DNA of 63,986 bases, the filler included, from Elsinoe ampelina (lineage: Eukaryota), in the NCBI GenBank assembly GCA_010093995.1. It is 4 parts of 4 records of this genome, joined end to end, with 100 filler letters (N's around TTAATTAATTAA, not from the genome) between each part and the next. Parts side by side here need not be neighbours in the genome. Positions count along the whole stretch, not along the records: positions 1 to 23,384 come from ML992561.1; positions 23,485 to 41,784 come from ML992562.1; 2 more parts are not named here. One strand, given 5' to 3'. This document shows, one piece after another, positions 13,156 through 24,788 of this stretch. Positions within the stretch are counted from its first letter, which is position 1, and the number at the start of each line of letters is the position of its first letter. The translations under genes were made by a program, and so were the position numbers. The notes beneath the pieces are model-generated. The model was given only the letters and a program-made list of their open reading frames with translations. It had not been told where the DNA came from and ran no database searches.

Positions 13156-15336
13156 ATGCACTCCCCCGCCGACGCCCTCAAAAGATCTCCCAATACCCAA
13201 TCCCCTCTCGTCGGGCAGATCCCGCTCGCTTCGGCTGGGTTTCAATACCCGCAACCGGCCGGCACCATGAACAATCAATTCGACAACCAATTCGATCCCA
13301 ATGCCATGGACAGCACTGGATTCGATCCCGCCCTGTTCCCTCCTCAATTCCAGCCTGTCCAGCCAGATGCCTTTCCGATTGCGAACAACGTCATGAACAG
13401 TCCTTCAAATCAGCTTGTACGGAGACCCACCAACCATCAGCTCGCAACAAGGAGTCCTATGCTACCACAACAAGCATGGATGAGTCCGGTGCAGGCCAAC
13501 GGAAGAGCATGGGAAGAGCTGGGAGGTGAAGAAGATGAGTTGAACCAGAAAGCGGCTATAGCGAAGCGCGAGGCCCAGGCCAAGCGAAAGCAGATCCCGC
13601 CTTTTGTGCTGAAGTTATGGAGCTTCCTGAACGAGGACAAGAATACCGATCTCATCCGCTGGACGGACGAAGGGACTGCATTCACAGTGCTGGACGAGGA
13701 TGAGTTCGCCCGCACATTGATCCCGGAACTATTCAAGCACAACAACTACGCTTCATTCGTACGGCAACTCAACATGTACGGCTTCCACAAGAAGGTCGGC
13801 TTGAATGCAAATTCTATGAAGGCCGCGGAGAAAAAGACCAAGGATCCCAACGTCTACTGGCACGAGTACTTCCGGCAAGGGAGAGAGGATCTCTTGTGGT
13901 TAATCCAAAAACCGCAGACTAAGTCGACGTCCAACAAACGGAAGCGAGGAGCAGATTCGAGAGAAGAGGGCAGCGACGACGAGAAACGGACATCACCCGA
14001 TATGAGCGAAGCGACTTTGACACAGCTCAGAGATGCCAAGTCAGATCTCGTGGTGATGCCAAAGAGCGAGGTGTCAGCTCTACGACAAGAAGTACAAAAG
14101 CTCCAGCGCCAGCAGAATGTCATATCTCAGATGATCACACACTTGAAAGACCAAAATCAGCAGTTCTACCGACAAGCGAGTGAATTCCAGTCGTTGCACG
14201 ACAGGCACGAGAACTCTATCAACGCTATCCTGACCTTCCTCGCGACGTTCTATAATAGGAGTCTGGAAGCTGGCGTGGATCTATCAAACATGTTCGGCGG
14301 CCAGAACACACCACAGCAGCAGGGCACTGTGGTTGATATGGGCGATAATGAATATCAGGTCCCAGACACAAGCACTCCTTCTCAGCAAATACAGAAGTAC
14401 CGCAAACCACAACTCCTACTCCAATCGTCTCCGGCTCCTCGATCGTCCTCACTACAGCCGGGACAGGTCAATACACAACCCTCCTCCAATCGCAACTCCA
14501 AATCACCCTCCACCAATGACCGCATCAGCTCCGCCCCATCATCACGCAACCAATCCACCTCTCCTCAAGTCAAAGACTCTGACTCACCCACAAACCTCCT
14601 CAATTCTTACCCCGCCGACAACACCGAAATGATGTCCCTTATTAACGCCGCCAACGCCTCCACCCCACCAGGGTCCACCCCAAACCCAGCTCTCGACTTT
14701 TCGACTGCGCTCAACCACGCTCAGTCCGCCAACGGGTTCAACCCCCTCACCGCCCAACAACGCAGCAACATGCTCCACCTCATCAATCAACAACACCAAA
14801 CCCAAGCCGGCGCCACCTCCTCGGGCCCAAACCAAACCAACAACGCCCTCGTCTCCCCCACCCCACCTCCCATGCCCAACCTAGACCAATTCGCCAAACA
14901 ACAAGAACAACTCGAAATGCTCACCCGCCTACAAAAAGAACAAGAAGGCCGCGTGCAAGAACTCGCCGGGCGGATCCAACCCCTCAGTCCCAACGGCAGT
15001 ATCCCTGGTTTCGCAGGAGGCGAGGGCGGAGACGGCGAGGCAGGGTTCGACTTTGACGCGTTCCTCAACCAGAACTACGAGGGTGAAGGCGCGGGGTTGG
15101 GGATGCAAGGCGAGGGGGACGAAGGGGACGGGGAGCAGGGTATCGATTTTGGTTTCGGGGATGAGGACCAGGGCGGCGTCGGGGATGATTTGTTCGCCGA
15201 TCTGCCTGGGCCGGGCGGCGCGGAGGGGGAGGCTGGGTATTTTGGGACCGAGTGGCCGAAGGTGGAGAGTTTGGCGGGGACGGGGAGTGAGAGTGAGGGG
15301 GCGGTGGCGGGGGGAGTGGCGGGGGGAGTGGCTTAA
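13156..15336 (+). CDS. HSF1: Heat shock transcription factor, intronless
   Basis: HSF DNA-binding domain (IPPFVLKLW...FKHNNYASFVRQLNMYGFHKK), coiled-coil region with RHENSINAILTFLATFY, acidic C-terminus. Confidence 0.95.
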   Translation: MHSPADALKRSPNTQSPLVGQIPLASAGFQYPQPAGTMNNQFDNQFDPNAMDSTGFDPALFPPQFQPVQPDAFPIANNVMNSPSNQLVRRPTNHQLATRSPMLPQQAWMSPVQANGRAWEELGGEEDELNQKAAIAKREAQAKRKQIPPFVLKLWSFLNEDKNTDLIRWTDEGTAFTVLDEDEFARTLIPELFKHNNYASFVRQLNMYGFHKKVGLNANSMKAAEKKTKDPNVYWHEYFRQGREDLLWLIQKPQTKSTSNKRKRGADSREEGSDDEKRTSPDMSEATLTQLRDAKSDLVVMPKSEVSALRQEVQKLQRQQNVISQMITHLKDQNQQFYRQASEFQSLHDRHENSINAILTFLATFYNRSLEAGVDLSNMFGGQNTPQQQGTVVDMGDNEYQVPDTSTPSQQIQKYRKPQLLLQSSPAPRSSSLQPGQVNTQPSSNRNSKSPSTNDRISSAPSSRNQSTSPQVKDSDSPTNLLNSYPADNTEMMSLINAANASTPPGSTPNPALDFSTALNHAQSANGFNPLTAQQRSNMLHLINQQHQTQAGATSSGPNQTNNALVSPTPPPMPNLDQFAKQQEQLEMLTRLQKEQEGRVQELAGRIQPLSPNGSIPGFAGGEGGDGEAGFDFDAFLNQNYEGEGAGLGMQGEGDEGDGEQGIDFGFGDEDQGGVGDDLFADLPGPGGAEGEAGYFGTEWPKVESLAGTGSESEGAVAGGVAGGVA

Positions 15337-16004
15337 GTGGTTATGCGTGGTGGGCAGGGGAAGGATGGAGAGGGGGATGGTGGGAGGTAGGGTGATGCGG
15401 AGAGGAGAGTATACACTTGAGTGATCACGAGAGAGAAGGGATATGAGAGCAAACGACCACTTCTCCTTTTCCTGGTCGGGGAGTTTCGGGTTTTGATACG
15501 GATGAGCGACAGATGTAACGCGCAGAGGATACCCCCAGATTTTTTCCATACACGAAGCGATGGATGATTCGGTCAAGCGAGATGGGACTGGTGAAGAGTA
15601 AGAAGGAGAGAAGATAAGAAGTGGGTAACAAGGAGCAAAAAGAAGTGGAACGGGGAGGGTAAACACCTGGGGAGGCGAGGGGTGGATGGAGGTAGAGAGA
15701 GGTGTAGTAATACCCTCGCTTTTGAGGAAGGCAATGAGTACACGACTTTATCCCATCTCACAGCACGTGCTCTGATCCGTGATCTTGATGTGCGCCTCTC
15801 GTCCAGGTTGTGAGCGAGGCAAGAGAGAGGAGAATATTCAGAGCATGTTCCAAGAGTCCTGATATTCGTGATCATATCCCGCCCATTGACGCCGCGCTAT
15901 CTATATGCTGTCCCGTTGCACATGCCATGCTCTGTGTCCACAGGTCAGGGCCGTCATCGAAGACGATGCCCCACCACGTCTCCCTATTCCCGGTGTGGAT
16001 GCCA

Positions 16005-17172
16005 TCACTTCTTCTTCCTCAAACTCTGCCCCTCGCCCCAATCCCTCTTCTCGTCCTCCCCACCATCCTTGCCCTCCTCCTTCTTCTTCACAGGCTTGAT
16101 ATCGTACCCGAAGAAGAGCTTATTCGGCGGTAATCGCAGCGGCTGTGGACCGTTCCTCCTCACCCTCGCACCACCTCCGATCTTCACCTCTCCTTGCACG
16201 GGTGTACCTGGCTTCGGACTCGCGGCTGCGCTTGTCTGTGCTGATGCCCCCTTGCCTTTCTTCGTGACGAGCCTGTTCCCCGACCCGGAGAAGGCGGATG
16301 AGGCATTCTTCGCGCCTTGTGCTGCGGCGGTGCTCTCCGGCGCGATGGCGGCGTAGTTGATGGCTTGAGCCATGGTGCCTGCCGAGTGGATATTTGTGTG
16401 GCCCAGCCCTTTGCCGCCCAGGCTGCGTGGTGTGCTGGTTCCGCTTGCGCTGGCCGAGGCTTTACGCTTTTCCATCTCTTCTGCGTAGCCGACGGGCTCG
16501 TCGAAGTCGACAGAGAGGTCGGTCTCTTGGACAGATATGGCGTGCGATTCGGTGTCAGGCTTGACACTGAGGACCTTGATAGCATATTCGCTGTCGTTGT
16601 AGGAGAAGGTGAAGATGTCGTCTTGGGTGAGGCAGGAGAAGTTACGGAAGGCGGTTTCGAGGACAGCCTTGGGATCGGAAATGTCAAGGAAGGATGTGGA
16701 CTGCGGTTGTAATTTGATGTACGAGCCTGGGAGCAGGTCGGTGGATTTGACTTGTAGCAAATCGCCAGGTTCCAGCTCCAGCACGGTCATAAGCCAGTGC
16801 GGGAGATAACAGCGACCTTCTTCCGCGATGAACTCCAGGACACCAGAGTGTGTGCGTTTCGATTTTGCTCCATTGGTGAGCTCGAAGAGCATGGGATATG
16901 TGATGTGCAGGGTTGTGAGCTTGTCAAGAGCTGAGGCGGGTAGGAAGATCTTGCCGCCATGGTTCGTCGAGGACCGATCTGGGCCAGGTAGCATCACTAT
17001 CGGATAGCATCGGTAGTACTCGTCGAAGCGACGAGGTCGCCCTCTCGAATGCATCGCTCGCTGATACGTGGAGAAAGGGTCGCCGAATGGGTCATTGCCC
17101 GCATCGTAAGGATTGCGATACTGGAGCCTGTTAGTGGAGAGCAGGAGTGCAGTGGTTACTGGTGATTACCAT
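16005..17172 (-). CDS. UFD1: Ubiquitin fusion degradation protein Ufd1 (Cdc48 cofactor); exons 17172-17170 (ATG only), 17120-16005
   Basis: FDEYYRCYP, GGKIFLPASAL, THSGVLEF, FLDISDPKAVLE, SHP-box FSGSGNRL; ATG|GTAATC...CTAAC...CAG intron gives an in-frame extension. Confidence 0.95.
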
Positions 17173-17608
17173 GACGTCGAACTGCTTATGAACGAAGATG
17201 AAGAAACCTGTGAATCCGTGAAGTAGATAGAAAGGTGGGCGTGAAGTAGACGAGATTGCACGTGTGTGAATGCAGTGAGCAGTTCACTTTGAGCTACTGC
17301 GAGAACCTTCAAAATGACGACACCTGGCCCGAGCTCCGCGGAGGTGATTCTGTTGCAAGTACTGAGTTCTCTTGTCGACTGCAGCAGCTGTCGATCGATT
17401 CACAGTTGGTGATTTCTAATAGATTTCAAGATGATCAAGGACGATGCGCGAGTTGTAAGTCCTGTTGCAACGTCACCTGTAAGGTACAAACAAGGTGATG
17501 CAAGAGAGCATACGGATGAGCGGGCCGCATCCCCACTGAGTATTATTTTGTGATAGAGGGGCCTTTTCTTGCTCATTGTCCTGACCTTTCCACACATCTG
17601 ACACAACA

Positions 17609-18151
17609 ATGCCGCGCTTGCAACCAAATATTGTCATTACGGGAACGCCTGGCGTTGGAAAGACGACTCACTGCACAGCTCTCGCTGAAGCAACCGGGCT
17701 TACTCACCTTGATGTGAACAAAGTGGTCAAAGACCAAGACTGCGGAGATGGCTTCGACGAGGAATTACAGACGACCATTGTGGACGAAGATAAGCTTTTG
17801 GACGCAATTGACTCTGATCTGAGAAAAGGTGGCCAGATCGTCGACTGGCATGCATGCGACCTCTTCCCCGAGAACCTCGTCGACCTGGTTGTGGTGATTC
17901 GGTGCAAAACGGAGAATCTATACGATCGGCTGGTCAAGCGCGGCTACAGTGACAAGAAACGGGAAGAAAATATGGACGCTGAGATTATGGAAGTCATCTT
18001 GAGCGAAGCGAGAGAAAGCTATGACGAGGCCGTGGTCGTCGAGCTTTGGAGCGACGATGTCGACGCCATCGACAACAATGTGGAGCGCCTAGAGCAATGG
18101 ATTGAGCAATGGAAGAAAGATCACCCGGACGGCGCTGCTGAGGAGGATTGA
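17609..18151 (+). CDS. FAP7: Adenylate kinase 6 / Fap7 (40S maturation ATPase), intronless
   Basis: P-loop ITGTPGVGKT, VDWH motif, ENMDAEIM. Confidence 0.95.
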   Translation: MPRLQPNIVITGTPGVGKTTHCTALAEATGLTHLDVNKVVKDQDCGDGFDEELQTTIVDEDKLLDAIDSDLRKGGQIVDWHACDLFPENLVDLVVVIRCKTENLYDRLVKRGYSDKKREENMDAEIMEVILSEARESYDEAVVVELWSDDVDAIDNNVERLEQWIEQWKKDHPDGAAEED

Positions 18152-18207
18152 GATGACAGCAGTCTATATCATGGGTATCATACAGGACCGGTTGCTGGAA
18201 GATCTGT

Positions 18208-18960
18208 CTAAGAGGTGTTGGCTTTGAGCCAATCAGTCAGCTTCGCCAATGCCCGTCCTCGATGCGAGATTTTGTTCTTCTCGACCTTTGGCATCTCGGC
18301 ATAAGTCTGGCCTTCATATTCGAAGCAAGCGTCCCAGCCTGTCAAGTCAGCTATGCTCAGGTGTATCCAGTGGCGTAGACTCACCAAAATCTGTCGGACC
18401 TCGAGCCTCGACTATCTTGCCCTGTACAGAGATCAGTCGGAGTAGCAAGGGATGGGTCCGATCTCACTTACCGCTGTTCGTCCTTGAAATATGATTACTT
18501 CATGGCCCGGACCTTCACAGTAGCCAAAGGTGCAGACGGATTGGGCACTCTTGTCGTCGAAGCCGGCGAGGAGCTTATGGAGCTCTTTCACACCAAGTGC
18601 CTTGACGAACCACTTACTGTAATCAAGTCAGATGTGAGCCGGATAGAGTTGTACGGCCACGTACATGTATGGCCCGGGAAGTTCGTTGAAGGCATCAAAG
18701 CACAGGCAGGTGTCTTCGACCAGGACGGGTCCACCAACCTGAGGTTGTCAGTATACAATCATGGACGTCGGCAGAAGATACAGTACAATATCTGCTGCTC
18801 TTCTGCATTTATCCGTCGTGATCTCCTCGATAGTCCCTTGCAATTCGGGCAGATCAATTGCTTGACTCGATAATTTGACACCCGCCGTCTCCAAAATGGC
18901 AGAGACTTCTGCAAGCTTGTTCTTGTTGCCCGTGATGAAGTTGAGCTCTTTTGGCGCCAT
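18208..18960 (-). CDS. HAM1: Inosine triphosphate pyrophosphatase, four introns
   Basis: [24 protein letters not shown], spliced FGWD, KISHR motifs across exons; TAG at 18210-18208. Confidence 0.95.
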
Positions 18961-19491
18961 TCTTGCTGCAGGTCAATCTAGACCTAGACACTCTGTTGAG
19001 AAATTGGATATTCCGCTTATCTTGTGCATGTCAAAAGGGTAAAGAAAGGAGAATGCTGCATTTTATGATTTCCTTGCCAAGAAGGCAGATGGTGGTGGCT
19101 GATGGCAGTGCCTCTTTCGACACAAGATGACAAACCACTATACCACCTCGAAGTGACCTCGCATGAAGTCAAATATGCACGATAGCGCCTTTACGGGGCT
19201 GTGATCTTTGCGGTGTCGCTCTATAGACATTTCCGACATATTCCAGCCTCGCTTATCGGCTTATCCCAACCGCTGCAAAAACGCCTGTCAGCACTCCCGA
19301 GCCCTACCGTCGTATCCTCCGCAGCCACCAACTTGTGATCTGAGCATCGAGGACATGTTGGCTTGCTGACGGCAAGTCAACTTCCATCACGACCATTCTC
19401 ATCTGTCTCAACCATCACACTCTTTTGCAGCATCTCACCGTCCTGTCGATAGCGTCGTTGATACCATGAGCGGGTCTCTTCATTTCACAGT

Positions 19492-21261
19492 ATGGACGCA
19501 CTGAACATGCTCTTGGGCGGTCGAAACCAACAAGTCAAGCTGGACAATGTACTGAACGATCGCTTGACTATCATTGTAGCCGGTGTCGTCCTGCTTCTTG
19601 TCACTACTAGGATACTGAGCGGTCTCTTTGGCGGATCCAAGAGAACACCGAACGGCGACACAGTCCCTCTAGCTCCGTACTGGATACCGCTGATCGGCCA
19701 CATACCGTCATTCTTGATCTTTTCAAAGTCCTTCTTCCCATGGGCGAGAAAGACATATCGCGGTGGTGCCTTCGCCATCAACATGGGTGGCACCACTCAC
19801 AACATCATCTTCAAACCTGCTCTTGGCCAGATGCTCATGAACCAGAAGAACGAGATTGCAGACGGCAACTCGGTATCCAGGTACCTCATGTCTGCCATCT
19901 TCGCCTGGCCGAAGAAGGAAATGGATGCCTACGACAGAGCTTTGCCGGACATCCTCGTTTGCTACAGGGAATTGCTGTCCAACCCTGGTCTCTCCAAGTT
20001 GGTCGATGGTACGGTTCAAGAATTGAAAAAGAACATCAACAATTTGGTCACTTTCAATGAGAGCATTGTCGATCAGATGTATTGGGAACGAGTCGCTGAT
20101 GTGGAGCCAACCATTCTCGCGGACGGAGACCAAGGCGAAGAGGTTAGCTTGATGCTCCTCCTGCGAGACTTCGTTGCCGTGACTGCCAATCCTGCTTTAC
20201 TCGGCTCCGACTTTGTTCAGAACAACCCCAGCTTCTACTCGGATTTGTGGACAATGGATGCAGCTTTCATGTATCTGGCGACTGGTCTGCCAAGATGGAT
20301 ACCCATCCCAACCCTGACAAAGGGTGTCCTTGCAAGGGAGCGCATGATGAGAGCTATCCGACCTTATGAAGATGCACTTGACAAGTGGGCTTCAGGCGAG
20401 TATGCTGGCTCGGAATGGTCAGACTTGGACAACATCAGCGAACTGCTCAAGACTCGAGTGGCTGCTTATCGCAAGCACAATTTGAGCAACGAGGCTCGCT
20501 CAGCTTGCGAGTTGGCACTCGCCTGGGCCATGAATGCAAATGCCAATCCGCTCATTTTCTGGGTCATCACTCGAGTGTACGCAGACTCAACACTCCTCGA
20601 GCAGATCCGAGAAGAGGTTCGACCGTACATCAAGGTCAACATTCCCAAACAAGAATTTGCCGTACAGGAACTACCGCACTTGGAGGATGTCGACCACGAG
20701 GGGCTACTGAACCATTGCCCGTTGCTGAAGGCGGCATATGTTGAAAGTCTGAGACTCGATACCGGCGTCTGGAGCTTCAAGATCATGCGAGAAGACGTGA
20801 CACTTACCAGTCGAGAGAAAGATGCACAAAAGTACTTGATCAAGAAAGGCACCTTCTGCCATGTCGCACATGAGCTTCACCATCAGAATGGAGAGTACTA
20901 TGATGAGCCGGACGTCTGGCGTGTCGGCCGGCACATCAAGTACGAGCCAGGCAAGGAAGGCGAACCGGCTGTACCGAAAGCAGAGATTGGAACAGTGAGA
21001 CCATATGGTAAGTCAAGAAGAGCTGCGGTTCGGACCATACCTTAACGCTGCACCACAGGTGGAGGCCATAGCATGTGCAAGGGTCGTGCATTTGCCGTCA
21101 AGGAGATCCTCATCTTCACAGCAACCATTTTCACTTTCTACGACATGTTACCTGCCAAGGGGGGATGGCGTATACCGGACCCAGCCAAGACCACTGGTAC
21201 GAACGGTATCAAGGGCGACTTGAGGGTCCGCATCAAGCGGCGGAAGATTCCGACGGTGTAG
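19492..21261 (+). CDS. Cytochrome P450, CYP7/CYP8-like; exons 19492-21007, 21059-21261
   Basis: N-terminal anchor plus PYWIPLIGH; ESLR (ExxR); heme motif PYGGGHSMCKG formed across intron 21008-21058; I-helix WAMNANANP. Confidence 0.93.
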
Positions 21262-22575
21262 CCGATGATGTAGAGCTATTGCCATGGCTTGACTGGAAGC
21301 TGGATGCATTCACAGGGCACGAAACCAAATCAGCATGGTCAAGAAGTTCTCTTCAAGGAGCGCGGCCGCTCGACCACAATTTTCAAGCCTGTCAGCCCTG
21401 AATACTTCTTTGCCACATCGAAGGGGGAAATTTCTTCAGGTCTCATCGCTATAACGAGTGGATTCATGCTAGTTGCCTTATTGGACAAGCTTGCGGCACC
21501 CTAGCTCCATGTCACGCAGTTCCACAGTCTGGATACCGACGAAGACTTCTGGGATTCCTGCATGAGGAAGGCATTTGTTTCAATCGCGATAGCACGATTC
21601 TAGCTCACCGCTCGCCACCCTATAGCTTGACGGATTCAGAAATCCGCGGTCTGGTTATTCTACCCGAGGTTGAATAGTACACCAGGAAACACGCGCTACT
21701 ACGCATAAGTCCACAGTCACGGGCTAAGCCGGATCAAACTCAAAGTTACCAGCATGCAACATTCACGGGCATTGCGGCTCGACCGTTGTATCGACAGGCA
21801 CACTTTGCATAGCCCCGACTAGATCGACATGAATGGAGAGACATGCTAGATGTGAATTTAGTCTGGGCCACCTTTCTAGAAATCTACGCTGCCAATTTAC
21901 ACACTGCACGCCCCAAGTTGTCCATTCAACAGCTGCTTTTGCAATTTCTGAAGCCTCTTGACGCAACCAAGCCAATGTTGGTGTCGACCACGTAAGTGCT
22001 TCGTCAAACACAAACGGCCAAACGAGCGGCCAAGAGTCCCTCGCCTTACATCCGGGACTGAAGCTTGAAGCGTTTGCTCGAACGTTGGCATGGCCGTTGT
22101 AACGGAGCCGCATGGCTGAAGCAATGGTCGAGCCACAATCTTCAACGGTGCATGAGGCTCTCAAAGATTCTCAGATGCCGACAGGGCAAATGTAGATCAC
22201 CTCTCGACTCCAATAGCCAGCTTCAGCAGAGACACAGTCGGGTCTGCCCGAGATGGCGTTTGGCATACCCCAACGGCCAATACCTTTGGTCTAACGGCTG
22301 CTCTCTTCTGGCCATCGGCTTGGCTTGCTAAAGTCACTTAGAGCTTCCATATCGTTTCATCCATGCCGGTAGATCAATGGTATAACGCTCAGCGCTCAAC
22401 TTACATTCCGGCCGCGTGGCCGCCATGGGGCCAGCTCCACCATGTATGTGGAATGTTCAGATATAAACCTTAAGGCAGAGCACCCTCGTCTCTACTCATC
22501 CTCTCAAGAAATCTCTACAGCCAACCACAAGCAGATCGCATCTACCAGAGGCCATCCCGTATCTTCACCCTCAAG

Positions 22576-23384
22576 ATGCATTTCTCCACCACCACTGCCG
22601 CCATCCTCGTTGCCCCAGCTTTGGTGCTGGCGGCCCCTCAACCTCAGCGAGGATCAAGCCAGACAACATGCCAGAAGAGTCCTTACAGGGACTTACTGCC
22701 ACTGTCCGCCTATGTCCCGGCTATGGTCTACTGCTCTTGGCGCTATCCTCTCCCGACCAAGACGACCACTACCACTGTGACCGTCACCCCGAAGTCCAAG
22801 CCAATTCGTGGTCGCCAACGATACGTCGTTCCTCCTCAGGGCGGTCTCGCATCCCTAGTCGAGCGTGAGGCAGAAGCCGAGGCAGATGCAGGCCGTGGAA
22901 AGGGAGACGCTTTCCTTCGCACCTGGAACAGTGTTCTCATGAACGGTCGCAACTTCGCAAGCACCATGTGCAGCTGCATCGAGACTCCGGTCACGCGCAC
23001 CAGGACTATTACTGTCACCGCTGCTGTCACCACTACTACCAAGAGCGCGGCTGTCATCACCACCACTGCTGCTCGCACCAGTCAGACATCTGCCGTCGCC
23101 CCCAGCACTACCGCTGTCACGACCACTGCTGCTCAAACCACGACCTCCTCTGCCGCCGCCAGCTCTTCAACCACCACCTCTACTACGACCACCACCACAA
23201 CCACCACCGCAGTCCCAACCACTACGACCACGACTACCACAACTGCTGAGCCGACAACCACCACCACCACCACCACCACCGCAGAGCCGACAACCACCAC
23301 CACCACCACTGCTGAACCGACCACGACCACGACCACGACCACCACTACCGCTGAGCCTACCACCACTACCGCTGAGCCTACCAC
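22576..23384 (+). CDS. Secreted Cys-containing, Thr-rich mucin/adhesin-like protein, 3' end lost in gap
   Basis: Signal peptide MHFSTTTAAILVAPALVLA; YCS and CSCI cysteines; AEPTTTTT repeats running into the N block. Confidence 0.85.
23172..23384 (+). repeat. Coding minisatellite (ACN)n encoding AEP-T(n) repeats
   Basis: Repeated GCNGARCCN followed by ACC/ACG/ACT runs; probable cause of the contig break. Confidence 0.85.
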
Positions 23385-23484
23385 NNNNNNNNNNNNNNNN
23401 NNNNNNNNNNNNNNNNNNNNNNNNNNNNTTAATTAATTAANNNNNNNNNNNNNNNNNNNNNNNNNNNNNNNNNNNNNNNNNNNN
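23385..23484. other. Artificial contig-join linker N44-TTAATTAATTAA-N44
   Basis: Identical 100-bp structure at three places; the 12-mer places stop codons in all six frames. Confidence 0.97.
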
Positions 23485-23520
23485 TCGTGCGCTGCAGTGG
23501 TTTCGTGCGCTGCAGTGGTT
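23485..23520. repeat. 18-bp tandem duplication TCGTGCGCTGCAGTGGTT x2 at contig start
   Basis: Directly visible. Confidence 0.85.
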
Positions 23521-23753
23521 TGTCAAGTTAGCACTGTCGATGCAAGAAAGGGCGCAGTTCTTAGGGCTTGTCGGCTCAGATCTCGATCCTCGACATCATT
23601 CCCCTCCCAGACTTGTTGTCGGAGTATCAATCGGGAGTTCATTGGCCTCGAGCGATGCGGAGAATTCCTCTGGTGAGCACATACAAAACGCAATGCAAAC
23701 ATGACTTATCCGTCTATCTCGGTGTCTTATCTAATCAGAATGCCGTACGACCC

Positions 23754-24788
23754 TCATATTTCTGTGAAATTGACTGTCAATCGTACCTCCGGATCGGGAT
23801 TCCAAGGATTTCTCATGCCCCTGACAAAGGAAAATGCGACCTCTGTAGCAAAAGCCTTCACGTCAGTCACGGCCTCAGGCCAGTTCTCGGACACCCACGG
23901 CGCTTCTCCGAATCCTTTGTGGTACCCTTTGACAAGCTTCAACGTCCAATAAACATGCCTGAAGCTGAACGGAGTGCGACAATCCTGGCAAACAAAGATC
24001 CCAAGCAAATGACTGGCTGTCACCCTTGCCTCCTCAGATAACACATCAATGCCGATTCCATAGCGCCCAGCCACCTGTCTTACATCAACCTGCGTACTAC
24101 CAAGGTCCCCACTCATCAGCATTGGCCTCATTTTATCCTCCAACCAATTCATCTCGTCATCGGACAAACGCTTCCTCGGCTCCTCGCCAATCCAGTATCT
24201 CATCACATCCCTCGTAATCTCCATGTCGCCCTGCGCGTCAAATCCTTGCAACACCTTCATCTGATCACCAATCGCCACTTCCAAATCCCTACTCCACACC
24301 ACGCCCGGCCGTCGCCCCCTCCAATACTCCCTGCAATCATCCGGGAACTCATCCCAAGGACACAAAGCCGGGAACGCCACTCGCTGCCTGGCATTTGGCG
24401 CCTGTCGCACTTCCTGAACAGCTTTTCGCAAAATGGCACACCAGCGTGGCAGGGCAGTGAGTTCAGGGCGACGCACTTCTCTGAAGCGGTGCGGGAAGGG
24501 GCCGTGCATGTAGTCTTCGGCGAGAGCGAGGTATTTCTCGAGGTCGCGTAGGTCGTAGAGGATAAGTTCGTCGGGGATACGGACGAGGTGGGAGATGAGG
24601 CTGAGGTTGCATCCGATGGTGTCTTCGTGGTCGGAGACGAAGGGGACGAGGTAGCGGCGGTAGCCGGAGAGGTAGTTTGGGTGAGTGATTCTTGTGCGGG
24701 TAGTGGCCAGGCTCGAGTCATTGAGCTCCAGGGTCGGGAGCGTGGTGCCTTGTGCTGCTGGCGACGCGCCGTGTTGTGGTGTGGGCAT
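23754..24788 (-). CDS. Hypothetical protein (344 aa) with 'RRYLVPF' domain, paralog A
   Basis: Long ATG-initiated ORF; about 60-aa segment similar to the ORF at 26302-26886. Confidence 0.75.
   Translation of the reverse strand: MPTPQHGASPAAQGTTLPTLELNDSSLATTRTRITHPNYLSGYRRYLVPFVSDHEDTIGCNLSLISHLVRIPDELILYDLRDLEKYLALAEDYMHGPFPHRFREVRRPELTALPRWCAILRKAVQEVRQAPNARQRVAFPALCPWDEFPDDCREYWRGRRPGVVWSRDLEVAIGDQMKVLQGFDAQGDMEITRDVMRYWIGEEPRKRLSDDEMNWLEDKMRPMLMSGDLGSTQVDVRQVAGRYGIGIDVLSEEARVTASHLLGIFVCQDCRTPFSFRHVYWTLKLVKGYHKGFGEAPWVSENWPEAVTDVKAFATEVAFSFVRGMRNPWNPDPEVRLTVNFTEI

Noticed and set aside
14929..15666. 245-aa antisense ORF over the HSF1 3' end, and similar shadow ORFs over RTT106, PHO88 and UFD1
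   Set aside because: Explained by stop-poor skewed composition opposite real genes.
17300..17311. Heat-shock element (GAAccTTC) in the UFD1/FAP7 divergent promoter next to HSF1
   Set aside because: Only two nGAAn units; expected by chance.
19492..23384. Secondary-metabolite cluster around the P450
   Set aside because: No PKS, NRPS or terpene synthase; neighbours are housekeeping genes.
23429..23440. TTAATTAATTAA as a biological palindrome or repeat
   Set aside because: Identical at three places and centred in fixed-length N runs; synthetic linker.
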